DNA of 37,298 bases from Candidatus Aenigmatarchaeota archaeon (GTDB taxonomy: Archaea > Aenigmatarchaeota > Aenigmatarchaeia > GW2011-AR5): NCBI GenBank assembly GCA_026397375.1, contig JAPLUZ010000049.1, forward strand, positions 1 through 37,298, read 5' to 3'. This document shows positions 1 through 9,693 of this stretch, piece by piece. Made by a program: the position numbers and the translations under genes. The notes under the pieces were generated by a model that was not told the DNA's origin, ran no database searches, and worked only from the letters and a program-made list of their open reading frames with translations. How positions within the stretch are numbered: position 1 is the first letter of the stretch; every line of letters starts with the position of its first letter.

Positions 1-671
1 GAGTTGAGGAGGACGTGATAAAAACGCTGAAACCGTTTGTGCTTGGTGATTTCCGTTTGGACGGCCCAACGCTACGCGAAAAAGGCATAAACCGCATCGG
101 CAATATCCTCGTGCCAAACGACCGTTATATAGAATTTGAAAAAGTGTTTACACCGTTGCTAAAAAAGCTCTATGAAGAACAAAAAAAGACCGGGAAAATA
201 GTGACACCTTCTGAGATATGTAAAAGACTTGGGGAAATGGCAGACGAGACTTCGGTCCTGTACTGGTGCAACAAAAATAATATTCCAGTTTTCTGCCCAG
301 GCATAACTGACGGGTCGATGGGGGATATGATATTCTTTTTCAAGACAGAAAATCCGGGCTTCAAAGTGGATGTTAGTGATGATATCGTAAAATTGACAGA
401 CATGGTTTTAGACGCAAAAGAAACAGGCGCGATAATTCTTGGCGGTTCTTTGCCCAAGCACCACATAATGAATGCGAACATGATGAGGGAAGGGACAAAA
501 TACACTATCTACATTAATACTGCTATGGAAGGAGACGGGTCTGATTCAGGGGCATTGCCGCAGGAGGCGCAGTCGTGGGGAAAGGCTGCTGCTGACGCTG
601 ATTTTGTGAAGATACAGGCAGACGCCACAATTGTATTTCCGCTTCTGGTGGCTGGCGCCTTTGTCGATTAA
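1..671 (+). CDS. dys: Deoxyhypusine synthase (5'-truncated by the window edge)
   Basis: The frame is open from base 3 (VEEDVIK). Motifs [42 protein letters not shown] and DATIVFPLL. Confidence 0.95.
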   Translation, partial: VEEDVIKTLKPFVLGDFRLDGPTLREKGINRIGNILVPNDRYIEFEKVFTPLLKKLYEEQKKTGKIVTPSEICKRLGEMADETSVLYWCNKNNIPVFCPGITDGSMGDMIFFFKTENPGFKVDVSDDIVKLTDMVLDAKETGAIILGGSLPKHHIMNANMMREGTKYTIYINTAMEGDGSDSGALPQEAQSWGKAAADADFVKIQADATIVFPLLVAGAFVD

Positions 672-754
672 GTAAACATTTCAAAGGGCGCTTGTGCTGT
701 TTAAATATGTTTGGTACTAGTATCATATTGTATACTAATACGGAGGAGATAAAA

Positions 755-1315
755 ATGGATTTACCATGGGGAGATGAAAAGACGGTAAAATTTGCCACGA
801 ATGTGGGATTGATTACAAGCAACGGGCCAAACGGCCAGAACATAATGGCTGCTGAATGGACGCATCAGGTGTCGTATTCGCCGGGCATCATTGTCGTAAG
901 CATAGGCCTTGACAAGGCGACTGAAACTAATATAAAAAAGACAAAGGAATTTGGCGTGAGCCTGGCTGCTGCTGACCAGAATGTACTGGCGAGCGTGGCA
1001 GGCGGCAGCAGCGGAAAGGATGTGGACAAGATAAAGGTCCTAAAAGATATGGGTTTTGAATTCTGCAATGCTAAAAAAATAAACACACTGATGGTAAAAG
1101 GCGCTATACTGAACATAGAATGCAAGCTGATAAAAGAGGAAAAAATTGGCGACCATACGATGTTCATAGGCGAAGTCTTGGATGCAAGTGCTGCCGACAA
1201 AAAGCCGCTTATCTATCACGGACTGAAATACTGGACGCTGGGCGAGCAGATACAGAAACCAGGGCCGGACGTAATGGAAAAGATAAAGAAACTGAATGAG
1301 AAATATAAAAAGTAA
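755..1315 (+). CDS. Flavin reductase-like (DIM6/NTAB family) FMN-binding protein
   Basis: NIMAAEW..QVSYSP, TETNIKKTKEFGVS, IECKL and GDHTMFIGEV. A GGAGG Shine-Dalgarno at 742-746 supports ATG 755 rather than 692. Confidence 0.88.
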   Translation: MDLPWGDEKTVKFATNVGLITSNGPNGQNIMAAEWTHQVSYSPGIIVVSIGLDKATETNIKKTKEFGVSLAAADQNVLASVAGGSSGKDVDKIKVLKDMGFEFCNAKKINTLMVKGAILNIECKLIKEEKIGDHTMFIGEVLDASAADKKPLIYHGLKYWTLGEQIQKPGPDVMEKIKKLNEKYKK

Positions 1316-1317
1316 TT

Positions 1318-2496
1318 TTATCTGGCCGCTTTTATTGAAATAACGTCGCCGTTCTTCAAGATATATCCAGAAGAGACATGCTTGCCGCTGCGGGCGTCGA
1401 CAGCTGCTACGAACTTCTTTCCTATATCCTCATGCACGGCAAAAGCAAGATCCAGGGCTGTCGAGCCTTTTTTCATGAGCAGTGCGTCAGGCAGGGCGTT
1501 GCCCTTGTGATCTGTGAACTTGTGCTCATTTTCCACAGGATAGACGACAATCATTTCTAGAATTTCAAAGACGATTTTGTCGACGATCTTTTGCACGCCG
1601 GTTGACCCGTACTTTTGCAGTACGTTGTTGCGTATGAAATTTAGTGCAAGCTTCTTTTTCTCGTCTATGTCGCTAATAACAGAAAAATCAGAATCGCCCG
1701 GCATGTAGCTTATCAGGCCGTGGTCAGATGCTTTTCTTAATGCTAATTCAGATTCGGCAGAGCACGGAATAAGGCTGTAGCCGATGTCTTTCAGTCTTTG
1801 GTAGTTTGCGTCTGATTCGCGCACGTCTATCTTGTTAGCGGCTATAACAATTGGTTTGGATTTTTCGCGGAGGATTTTTATGAAATCAAGTAATGTTAAT
1901 TCGTCGGCATTTTGGGCTAATTCGGTTTTGTTCATGGCATCCTCTACTTCTGCCAGCTTAATGCCAAGGCCTGCTAACTGCTGCTGCATAATTACGGAGA
2001 ATTTTTCCTTTGTTGACTCCATTTTCCTCAGCAGTGTTGACAAATTACGCTTGATTATTCCAAGGATCCAATAGTCGATTTCCTCTTCAAGGAATTTTAT
2101 GTCTTCCTTAGGGTCGCGCGTGCCCGGTTTTACTGAATTGCCTGTCTCGTCTGTTCCGCCGGATATATCGACAACATGAATAAGGGCGTTAGCTTCCATG
2201 ATGTCTGACAGGAATTGATTGCCTAAGCCTTTTCCCAAATGGGCACCAGGCACAAGGCCCGCCACGTCGGTCATTTTTATCGGCACATAACGCACACCAT
2301 TTACACACTTGGAGTTCTGCGGATTACACTTTACTTTCAGATCCTGACACGCGCAGCGGGCACGTACGTAGGTCACGCCTTTGTTGGGTGCTATTGTTGT
2401 AAAAATCCTATTGCTTATCTCTGCATCGACGAGCGTGGCGGCGCTAAAGAATGTTGTCTTTCCGACGTTGCTTTTTCCGACGACTCCGATCATCAT
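1318..2496 (-). CDS. ychF: Obg-family YchF-like GTPase/ATPase with C-terminal TGS domain
   Basis: GKSNVGKTT P-loop, FTTI, DVAGLVPGAHLGKGLGNQFL, NKID, and a TGS-like tail (GSTALDLAFAVHEDIG). Confidence 0.92.
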   Translation of the reverse strand: MMIGVVGKSNVGKTTFFSAATLVDAEISNRIFTTIAPNKGVTYVRARCACQDLKVKCNPQNSKCVNGVRYVPIKMTDVAGLVPGAHLGKGLGNQFLSDIMEANALIHVVDISGGTDETGNSVKPGTRDPKEDIKFLEEEIDYWILGIIKRNLSTLLRKMESTKEKFSVIMQQQLAGLGIKLAEVEDAMNKTELAQNADELTLLDFIKILREKSKPIVIAANKIDVRESDANYQRLKDIGYSLIPCSAESELALRKASDHGLISYMPGDSDFSVISDIDEKKKLALNFIRNNVLQKYGSTGVQKIVDKIVFEILEMIVVYPVENEHKFTDHKGNALPDALLMKKGSTALDLAFAVHEDIGKKFVAAVDARSGKHVSSGYILKNGDVISIKAAR

Positions 2497-2568
2497 CTTA
2501 AATAGACCCCCTTTTTATTTTCTTAATACGAACAATCTATTTATGCTCAAGTAGGAAATCGTGATAAT

Positions 2569-3030
2569 ATGAAACTCTGTTCAATGTGCATAAAGAGCGA
2601 CATGCTCTGCAACGCGTGCAATAAGCGGGTCGAATCAGGCCTTATCAGCAAGTCAGATGTAGCTGTATCCAGGGCGTTGCATAAGCTCCACTTTGACTGC
2701 GACTACATGAAATCCTTTGAAACAGACGGTACATTGGTCATACTTGCAGACAGGAAGGCGACCGGCCTGCTCATAGGCAAGGCTGGAAAAAATGTAAACA
2801 AATTATCTACGGCGTTAGGCAAGCAGGTAAAGGTAATAGAGCACATGACCGACGAAAAAAAATTCATAGAAAAAATCATAGGCGGGTCGGTGCTCGGCAT
2901 AAATAAAGTTTACGGGCAGAACGAGATCTACAAGATAAGGGTCGAGAACAGGATGAGAAAAAGAACACAAAACATGGCGCCGATAGTGAGCAAGGTTCTT
3001 GACAAGAACGTGAAGTTCGTTTTTGAGTGA
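2569..3030 (+). CDS. Archaeal NusA-like KH-domain protein with N-terminal CxxC..CxxC
   Basis: CSMC...LCNAC, KH loop LLIGKAGKNV, and LGKQVKVIE. Confidence 0.8.
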   Translation: MKLCSMCIKSDMLCNACNKRVESGLISKSDVAVSRALHKLHFDCDYMKSFETDGTLVILADRKATGLLIGKAGKNVNKLSTALGKQVKVIEHMTDEKKFIEKIIGGSVLGINKVYGQNEIYKIRVENRMRKRTQNMAPIVSKVLDKNVKFVFE

Positions 3031-3097
3031 TCAGATAGTTGCTAGGATTCTAATTCTTTACGTAACCATCTTCGGCATCGAATTCAAAAATAGTTTT

Positions 3098-3484
3098 CTA
3101 ATATCTTCTCTGTAAGCCGAGCTTGGATTCCATATTCTTTAGTCGCTCGTTAATTGTTTCGGTCATGCTCCTCACGGCGGAGAGTTGGCTTTCTATTAAG
3201 TTCAATCGATCAATAATTTCATAGTTTTTGCTTGGCTCTATTCTATTGGTATCACGCATGGGTTCTCTATTTAAATCATTACCGAAATCAGACGGCATAT
3301 TTTCCATGGACGGCGAGAAAGGCTCAAAGGCAGAGCGGGTTCTTGGGGTCATTTCGTCGTCAAACCGCTGGTCATTCGTTTGCGGCTGAAATTGCTCGGG
3401 CCTTGGCTCAGACGGCTCGTTAAGCACGTGCGATCGTATGTCGTCAAAGTCGTCGTCCTTTTTCCTTTTTAACCAGCCAAACAT
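3098..3484 (-). CDS. Hypothetical protein with a low-complexity middle and C-terminal coiled coil
   Basis: Likely start MFGWLKRKKDDDF at 3484, a Pro/Gln/Asp-rich linker, and C-terminal heptads IIDRLNLIESQLSAVRSMTETINERLKNME. Confidence 0.75.
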   Translation of the reverse strand: MFGWLKRKKDDDFDDIRSHVLNEPSEPRPEQFQPQTNDQRFDDEMTPRTRSAFEPFSPSMENMPSDFGNDLNREPMRDTNRIEPSKNYEIIDRLNLIESQLSAVRSMTETINERLKNMESKLGLQRRY

Positions 3485-3654
3485 GGATACCAATAAATCA
3501 TATGGGTTTGTTCAATATTTAAGCATTCTTGATTTGTAATGCATTTGTAATTTTACAAGTATGGGCAAGAATCTAATGGCGGTTTTTATCCTCAGATACA
3601 TTGAAAATTGATTTTTTCTGAAATACAATGTATCTGGTATGCTATGCTCAAGGA

Positions 3655-3678
3655 AACCCACGTCTTTAGACGTGGGTT
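3655..3678. mobile_element. IS200/IS605-family-like end hairpin (solo remnant)
   Basis: Perfect inverted repeat AACCCACGTC-TTTA-GACGTGGGTT, matching the typical GAA(G/A)CCC..TTTAG..GGG subterminal hairpin. No tnpA/tnpB in the window. Confidence 0.6.
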
Positions 3679-3726
3679 ATATCAGAGCATATCATTTGAG
3701 CCACTATTTTACCCCTACAAAATATA

Positions 3727-4215
3727 TTACACGGCTGGCGTTATGCCCAGTGTGTTCTGAAATATATTTCTCATCTTGTAGAGAAAGTCTTTGCCCTGCT
3801 CGATGTAGGCACGCCGCTGTTTGGAGTAGAAATATTTGTTGTAGAGAAGCCAGAAGGGCTTCTGGAAGGGATTGGTAAATTCGTATTCTGTCTGTACAAC
3901 GCCCCTTAGCTGTATCCTGCACCAGCCGGTTTTTTCTTTTGATTCCTGTTCGCCCTGAATTATGACTTCTGCGATGGTTTTTGTCCAGAAATCTTCCTTG
4001 CGCTTGCCCATCCACTTGCCGAAGAATTCTCTTGTCTCGCGGGTCGCATCCCATTTTATCTCTGTTTCCAAAACATCCTTGGACGTTACCTGCAGGACCT
4101 GGCGGAGCATTCCAGGCACCATGCTTGCTGCTGCAAAGGGATTTTTGCCCTGAAATCTAACAACAATGGTATCGGCAGGCGCCAGTAGATCATCTACAAC
4201 TGTAAACTTAGACAT
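3727..4215 (-). CDS. Hypothetical protein, paralog of 4217-4732
   Basis: ATG at 4215 lies 1 nt after the upstream TGA, with a GGTG SD. Aligns by eye with the upstream protein. Confidence 0.8.
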   Translation of the reverse strand: MSKFTVVDDLLAPADTIVVRFQGKNPFAAASMVPGMLRQVLQVTSKDVLETEIKWDATRETREFFGKWMGKRKEDFWTKTIAEVIIQGEQESKEKTGWCRIQLRGVVQTEYEFTNPFQKPFWLLYNKYFYSKQRRAYIEQGKDFLYKMRNIFQNTLGITPAV

Positions 4216-4216
4216 T

Positions 4217-4732
4217 TCAAGCACCGTCTTTTCTGAGCTTTTCAGCGTACTTTTTTACGGAGGTTTCAAAGCTTACAAGTAACTCCTTGGCATAGTTTAG
4301 GTATTCTAGCCGCTTTCTTGTATAGAAGCGCGTATGCCAGAAGCGGCGGAACATTTCATATATCAGGTTCTGCTGCCAGACTGTGTCCTGGGGGTATTCT
4401 GTAATAAGGCGCGGCCTTATCCTAATATCAGCCTTTCCTTCACCGCCGGCTGAGAAGCCCTTTAGCGTAAGCTCAACAGTTATGTAAGAAAATGTGTCCA
4501 GAATTTTATTAACTTCCCACTCAATCTCAAATTTTTCAGATTCCTTGCCCTTTTCCCAATTATAGGTTTTCTCCTGAACATACGCGTCGGGTACGTTGAA
4601 AACAGCTTTTATCAGGTCCTTTACAGACGCATAAAAATTCTCAGGGTGAGGACCCATGTAGGATATATTTATGTCCTTAACAGGCTCGAATATGTAATCC
4701 CAAATAAGCAACTTGGTTCTTGCGAACGCCAT
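4217..4732 (-). CDS. Hypothetical protein, paralog of 3727-4215
   Basis: 171-aa ORF with an AGGTG SD upstream. Shares TEY and aromatic-rich C-terminal helix motifs with the downstream protein. Confidence 0.8.
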   Translation of the reverse strand: MAFARTKLLIWDYIFEPVKDINISYMGPHPENFYASVKDLIKAVFNVPDAYVQEKTYNWEKGKESEKFEIEWEVNKILDTFSYITVELTLKGFSAGGEGKADIRIRPRLITEYPQDTVWQQNLIYEMFRRFWHTRFYTRKRLEYLNYAKELLVSFETSVKKYAEKLRKDGA

Positions 4733-4815
4733 CTCTTACACCTTTTTTACCTTTATTTATTATGTGGTTAGACCCTATATAAAAAGAACCCATACAATCG
4801 ACAAAGCAATATAGG

Positions 4816-5373
4816 CTACTCCATCATTTTCAGCAGTGCACCCAGGGCAGACGGCACTTTTGTGATGCCTGCTTCATCTGTGTAGTGGCCTTTCCTGTTT
4901 TCTACAATTGTTTTTGCACCCAACTTCTTAAAAAAATCCACGTTTTCCACCGGCACGTAGGGATCGTTGTCAGAGAATATTGCAACAAATTTCTTGGTTG
5001 TTTTTCTTATCTTTGAGAAATTTATTGGCGTCTCCAGCCACGGCTTTGCTATTTCTTTCTCTTTGTCAGCGTCAAGGGTTAAAGTAAACCAGCCGGCGAC
5101 AAACACAACTCCGCCTGTTTTTTCCTGGGTTTGCAGATAACGCAGTACGGTCTGGCAGCCTATGCTGTGCCCGACAAAATATGTATCTCTGTCGGATTTT
5201 CCAACGAGGTTTGCCAGGAACGGCACCCACGTTTCTATTTTTGGATTATTGGTGTTGGGCATTTTCGGGACGAGAACCTTTATCTTTCTTTTTTTCAGTT
5301 CTTTCTTCAGCCACGGCAGCCAGCCTTCTCCCGGAGATCCGCCCCAGCCGTGTATTATGAATACGCGCTTCAT
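4816..5373 (-). CDS. RBBP9/YdeN-family alpha/beta serine hydrolase
   Basis: IIHGWGG..WLPWL, nucleophile elbow GHSIG, SDNDPYVP and GH. Confidence 0.9.
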   Translation of the reverse strand: MKRVFIIHGWGGSPGEGWLPWLKKELKKRKIKVLVPKMPNTNNPKIETWVPFLANLVGKSDRDTYFVGHSIGCQTVLRYLQTQEKTGGVVFVAGWFTLTLDADKEKEIAKPWLETPINFSKIRKTTKKFVAIFSDNDPYVPVENVDFFKKLGAKTIVENRKGHYTDEAGITKVPSALGALLKMME

Positions 5374-5409
5374 AGCTAATTTTATAAGGTGCAGGATATA
5401 ATAAGAATT

Positions 5410-5748
5410 ATGGTCTTTGATATTCTGCTTGGCGCGGTGCTTCTTGCATTCGGTCTCCTGGTCATATTTTTCTCGACAGAGAGCAAAGAAGAAGGGTCCA
5501 CGTTCTTGCTAATTGTTCTGGTAGGAATAGCAGCCATAGTTGGCGGCGGATGGATTTTAATAACGAAAATAAGCTTCGCAACACTTCTTACAAAATTAGC
5601 CGGCCTTATACTGGCCGCGCTGGGCATATTTTTGGCTGTGGAGTTTCCTGATATAGACCAGTACCAGAGAGAAGGCATGTCAAAAACGGGCATACTCATC
5701 GGCGTTTTCCTGATTATATTCGGCTTCTATTTGCTTATCTTTGCGTAG
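5410..5748 (+). CDS. Small 4-TM membrane protein
   Basis: Four hydrophobic segments. Start uncertain (GTG 5389 or ATG 5410). Confidence 0.7.
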   Translation: MVFDILLGAVLLAFGLLVIFFSTESKEEGSTFLLIVLVGIAAIVGGGWILITKISFATLLTKLAGLILAALGIFLAVEFPDIDQYQREGMSKTGILIGVFLIIFGFYLLIFA

Positions 5749-5918
5749 TCGTTTCTGACAAATATAACAACACCAAATTCAGCATTATGCGTCGCAACTT
5801 AATTTAGAGAAATCTTAAAATATGGCTCTTGGACAAGAAGAATATAGTAATAGAGAAAAGATCACACGCTTAGATTAGAAAATCTATAAGCGCGGTTTGG
5901 ACATAATTAGGTGTTTTC

Positions 5919-7499
5919 ATGGCTGAAAAGAAAGTAAAAAAATATTTGCTTGAGGATTTTAGCAGGAACCCGGACGGTTCGCTGAAGGACAAGGTACTGG
6001 GTTACTATACGGGCCCTTTTTCGCCGTGGCTGGGTCATGCGCTGATGGCCGGACCTTTTGAAGCCCACGTTAATTTGGACTATACAGGCCCGCCCGGCGT
6101 TTCAACGGGAATTTACTACGGCCTCTGTTTTCAACTGGGCAAATGGGAACATACGGTTATGAAGGCTGACGAATGGATAGAAGTCAGCCCTGTTCACGCG
6201 CAGTACTACCAGCTTACACAAAAACAGAAAGAGGATCTAGAGGCAAAAATAAAATCCGGGCTTGCGTCGTCTGCACAATCTGTCGCTGATTTAGAACTGC
6301 TGTTGCACGATAAAAGAAAATATGAAGAAATGCTGCATTACATGGGCTATCAGAGCAATACGATAGACGCAACAGTGCAGATAGATTTTTCGACAGACGA
6401 CAAGGGAAGGCAGAAGAGGGTTGACAACCATTCGCTGAAGGCAATGTTTATCGACCAGATAGACATGCACACAGGCGAAGGCATATCAATGAGGTCCATC
6501 GTGGGAAGGTGGCCTACGCTCATATCCGACTTCATGAAAATGGATGACAATGACATCGACCCCGACAACGTGAGAAGAAAGCTAGACATTACCCGCGCCG
6601 AAGCTGTCGTTCTTATCACGAAAAACAAACTCTACAAGGAATGGAAAAATATATTTTTGCCAGAGGTGGCAAGCAGATACCAGCGCATAATGGAGCTGGT
6701 GAGAAGCAGGCAGCAGTCTGTTGAACAATATAAAGAATGGCTCAAGCCCTACATAGCCCGTCACAAATTGATAGAAGAAGGATTGTCTTCTTCGGCAACA
6801 AGAAAGCACATGAGAACTTTCTTCATAACAGGCATGGGACACGCTGTATCTTCGGCACAGATAGTTTTGTGGGTCTGGAAGGACTTCATGTCGCCGGAGT
6901 TACAGAAGGCAGGCGGCGAAGAATACGAGCTGCACAAGGTAAGGCCGGACGACGAGTGGACAAGAAAGAATTTGATATTTGACCAGAACCACGGACTTAT
7001 TGTAAAATACCCCTGGATAACCAAGGAGTGGGTTGACGAGCAGGTCGAGGATATCTGGGCAAGAAACTGGCTAACAAGAAAACTGTACTATTCCTTTTTG
7101 ATAATCACATTTATGCGCACGAACATGAAGTCGGCGACTGGCGCGGAGCTCGAGGACGGGCAGTTCGATGTAAATCTTATTTCAATGAGCCGGAATGTTG
7201 TTCTCACAAAGCTGCTGGAACTGAAGGCAAAACAAGAGGAACTGGACATGTACGTGGACACGCTGCTGGGCATACCGCACAAAATAAGCGGCAAGCCGTC
7301 TATATTCAAGCCGGAAAAGGAAAACAAAATAGGGGATCTCTTTGATAAACTTGGGATGAAATTCAACTTCATGAAAAGAGGCCCCTATGAAAGGGAATGG
7401 GATGAGAGGCTGACAAAATACTATTTCGCACCCATAGCAGGCGGAAGGTACGTACCTGTTGTCAATTTCATAAAACAGAGAATGGGGTATGGAAACTAA
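5919..7499 (+). CDS. Hypothetical 526-aa protein, largely helical
   Basis: Long ORF with an AGGTG SD before the ATG. No family motif recognised. Confidence 0.85.
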   Translation: MAEKKVKKYLLEDFSRNPDGSLKDKVLGYYTGPFSPWLGHALMAGPFEAHVNLDYTGPPGVSTGIYYGLCFQLGKWEHTVMKADEWIEVSPVHAQYYQLTQKQKEDLEAKIKSGLASSAQSVADLELLLHDKRKYEEMLHYMGYQSNTIDATVQIDFSTDDKGRQKRVDNHSLKAMFIDQIDMHTGEGISMRSIVGRWPTLISDFMKMDDNDIDPDNVRRKLDITRAEAVVLITKNKLYKEWKNIFLPEVASRYQRIMELVRSRQQSVEQYKEWLKPYIARHKLIEEGLSSSATRKHMRTFFITGMGHAVSSAQIVLWVWKDFMSPELQKAGGEEYELHKVRPDDEWTRKNLIFDQNHGLIVKYPWITKEWVDEQVEDIWARNWLTRKLYYSFLIITFMRTNMKSATGAELEDGQFDVNLISMSRNVVLTKLLELKAKQEELDMYVDTLLGIPHKISGKPSIFKPEKENKIGDLFDKLGMKFNFMKRGPYEREWDERLTKYYFAPIAGGRYVPVVNFIKQRMGYGN

Positions 7500-7583
7500 G
7501 GTGGAAAAAAATGACCCAGACGTTCAGGATGAGAAAAACTCCAACAATCTGGATCACTGGTGTAGTAAATAAGAGTGATATTA

Positions 7584-9287
7584 ATGCCGTATGAAGTAGG
7601 TGTTTCTTCCGGATTCTGGCAGATCGCAAAGGACCCGGCGCTGCTTGGCATGTCGCAGAAAGCAGGATTCATAGCAACAGCCGGCGTGACATTTAATCAG
7701 ATAGATATGGAAACAGTGGCGGAGTTTCTTGAGCCAAGGGTAAAGGAGAATGTAAAAAGAATACAGAAAGAGCTCGGATTAAAAATAGGCATGCACGCCG
7801 AGATAGGCAGCATGAGTGCATTGGAATCAGGCGAGCGCAGGATCTGGGACGAGGCGCACAAGAGGCTTGTATTGGCTGTCAAAAACGCGACGGAGATGAA
7901 CATAGTTTACATAAATTTTCACACGTCTTCCACAGGATTGCTGCAGTTCAACGAGGCGAGGATAAGGCCGTTCGGCTTCCAGTATCAAGTAGTGGCCCCG
8001 AACGGCAGGCCGTTCTACGAGTTTGCCGACAAGTCCGAGGGGGCAATAGAATACATAAAACAAATAATAACAGGTGGCCATATGAGGGACATGATAGCGC
8101 GCGAACCCCACTTCCGTGAAAAACTCAAGGCACTGGCTAAAAGATATGATGACCTTCTGAAGAAACGAATCGATGAGGCAATCAGAAAATTAGAGTCGTC
8201 CCCGGATTATAAATCGCTTCCACCGGAACAGCGGCGGCAGGTGAAGGAAAATGCGTCGATGCAGGTGTCAAGGGATGTAAATCAGGAGTTTGAGCAGGAA
8301 GAGAGGAAACTGGCGGGAAATGCAGACGAGCTTTATGATTCCTGGAAGCATTCTGATTTTGGACAGTATGTTATGGAGGCCGGCGAGATAGATGCATACA
8401 TGACCGTTGCGTCGGACATGCACAAGAACGGAGACATGCTCTGGACAAACATCGTCGGAAGCAAGAGCGCCGGAAAGGCTTATATCGAAGAAGAGCACGC
8501 GTTCAACGCGGCTGTCGCTTCTGCGTACATAATAGGGCATCTGACCGTAAAGAATAACAAGTACAACAGAGATATTTTAGACGGGATGAGCGTGCTGGAA
8601 TTTGTAAGCAAAAAGGGACTTATTCTCTGCTTTGAATTGCCTGAAGTGGAAAGAAGGGAAGACCAGGGAGAAGGACTGTACAGATTGTTTCATCCAAAGC
8701 ATACGCAGTGGTTTGTGAGAAAACTGAACTCGCCTTTCGTGAGGTTATGCATAGATTTCGAGCATATGCTGGCGCAGAACCTGGACCCATCCAAGGTACT
8801 GCCGGAACTGCCAAATGATTTTGGAAAATTAGTTTATTTGTTTCATCTGGGCGAACCGAAGCCCTACTGGGGCATGGCGCACATACCCATCCCACTTGGA
8901 AGTCATGCCCAGGAGATAATTTACGAATGGTTGTACATAATGAGGCAAAAAGGTTTCAAAAACGGCGTTCTTATTTTTGAAAGAGGCGGCGGACGGGCTG
9001 GCGGCCGCACAACCTTTGAAGTCTTTGAATTGTCTGTGCTGGCGCTAAAGAACATGGCCAAGTATCTTGAGCAGAACATAAAGCCGGATGAACTGCCATT
9101 AGACTTTTATGGCATATCGGAAAAGAATGAAGCCGTGTACGCCCGCGAGTTGGTGACGGTAAAGGAGCACGCGTGGGACCCACTGGAGGGCGTTCTGAGC
9201 ATACCGGAAGAAAAGCACACTTTCCTTAGCGGAGCAGCTATCGCAAAAAACAAGGGCCAGGAATGGGAGAAGAGAAAGTTCAGGTAA
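7584..9287 (+). CDS. Xylose-isomerase-like / AP endonuclease family 2 TIM-barrel protein with a large helical insertion
   Basis: Metal-ligand motifs in order: GMHAE, NFHTS, CFELPE, CIDFEHM, LFHLG, AHIP, IFERG. About 225 extra residues lie between NFH and CFE. Confidence 0.8.
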   Translation: MPYEVGVSSGFWQIAKDPALLGMSQKAGFIATAGVTFNQIDMETVAEFLEPRVKENVKRIQKELGLKIGMHAEIGSMSALESGERRIWDEAHKRLVLAVKNATEMNIVYINFHTSSTGLLQFNEARIRPFGFQYQVVAPNGRPFYEFADKSEGAIEYIKQIITGGHMRDMIAREPHFREKLKALAKRYDDLLKKRIDEAIRKLESSPDYKSLPPEQRRQVKENASMQVSRDVNQEFEQEERKLAGNADELYDSWKHSDFGQYVMEAGEIDAYMTVASDMHKNGDMLWTNIVGSKSAGKAYIEEEHAFNAAVASAYIIGHLTVKNNKYNRDILDGMSVLEFVSKKGLILCFELPEVERREDQGEGLYRLFHPKHTQWFVRKLNSPFVRLCIDFEHMLAQNLDPSKVLPELPNDFGKLVYLFHLGEPKPYWGMAHIPIPLGSHAQEIIYEWLYIMRQKGFKNGVLIFERGGGRAGGRTTFEVFELSVLALKNMAKYLEQNIKPDELPLDFYGISEKNEAVYARELVTVKEHAWDPLEGVLSIPEEKHTFLSGAAIAKNKGQEWEKRKFR

Positions 9288-9342
9288 GCTTTCTCCTTAG
9301 CCCAACAGAAAGCTTAATCAAAGATGACGCTTCGCTGTTCCT

Positions 9343-9549
9343 TCAGGTAAATTTATGCCTGGGATTTCTTGGGATTATAATCCACGCAAGAATGTAGAAT
9401 AAGATACCTATTCCATAGAACAGGACCAGCAATATCAGAATCAATCGGATTACAGTGGGGTCGACGTTCAGGTATTCTCCGACACCCCCGCATACACCAC
9501 CAAGGATATGATTTTTTCCTGACCTGTAGAGCACCTTTACTTTTTTCAT
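9343..9549 (-). CDS. pspC: PspC domain protein
   Basis: LYRS...ILGGVCGGVGEYLNVDPTVIRL...YILAWIIIP. Confidence 0.92.
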   Translation of the reverse strand: MKKVKVLYRSGKNHILGGVCGGVGEYLNVDPTVIRLILILLVLFYGIGILFYILAWIIIPRNPRHKFT

Positions 9550-9693
9550 TTACAATCACGTCTTAATAATACATTATTTACTTTTACCACGGTATAAATA
9601 AGAAAGACAAATTCGTACGATATTATAAATTAATCGTAATGCTGTAGCACTGCAATAAAGCTTTTATAAGGATGTGGTTAAAATTAGCATGGG

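Noticed and set aside
7501..7572. 23-codon GTG ORF between the 526-aa gene and the TIM-barrel gene
   Set aside because: Too short, with no supporting motif; cannot be distinguished from chance.
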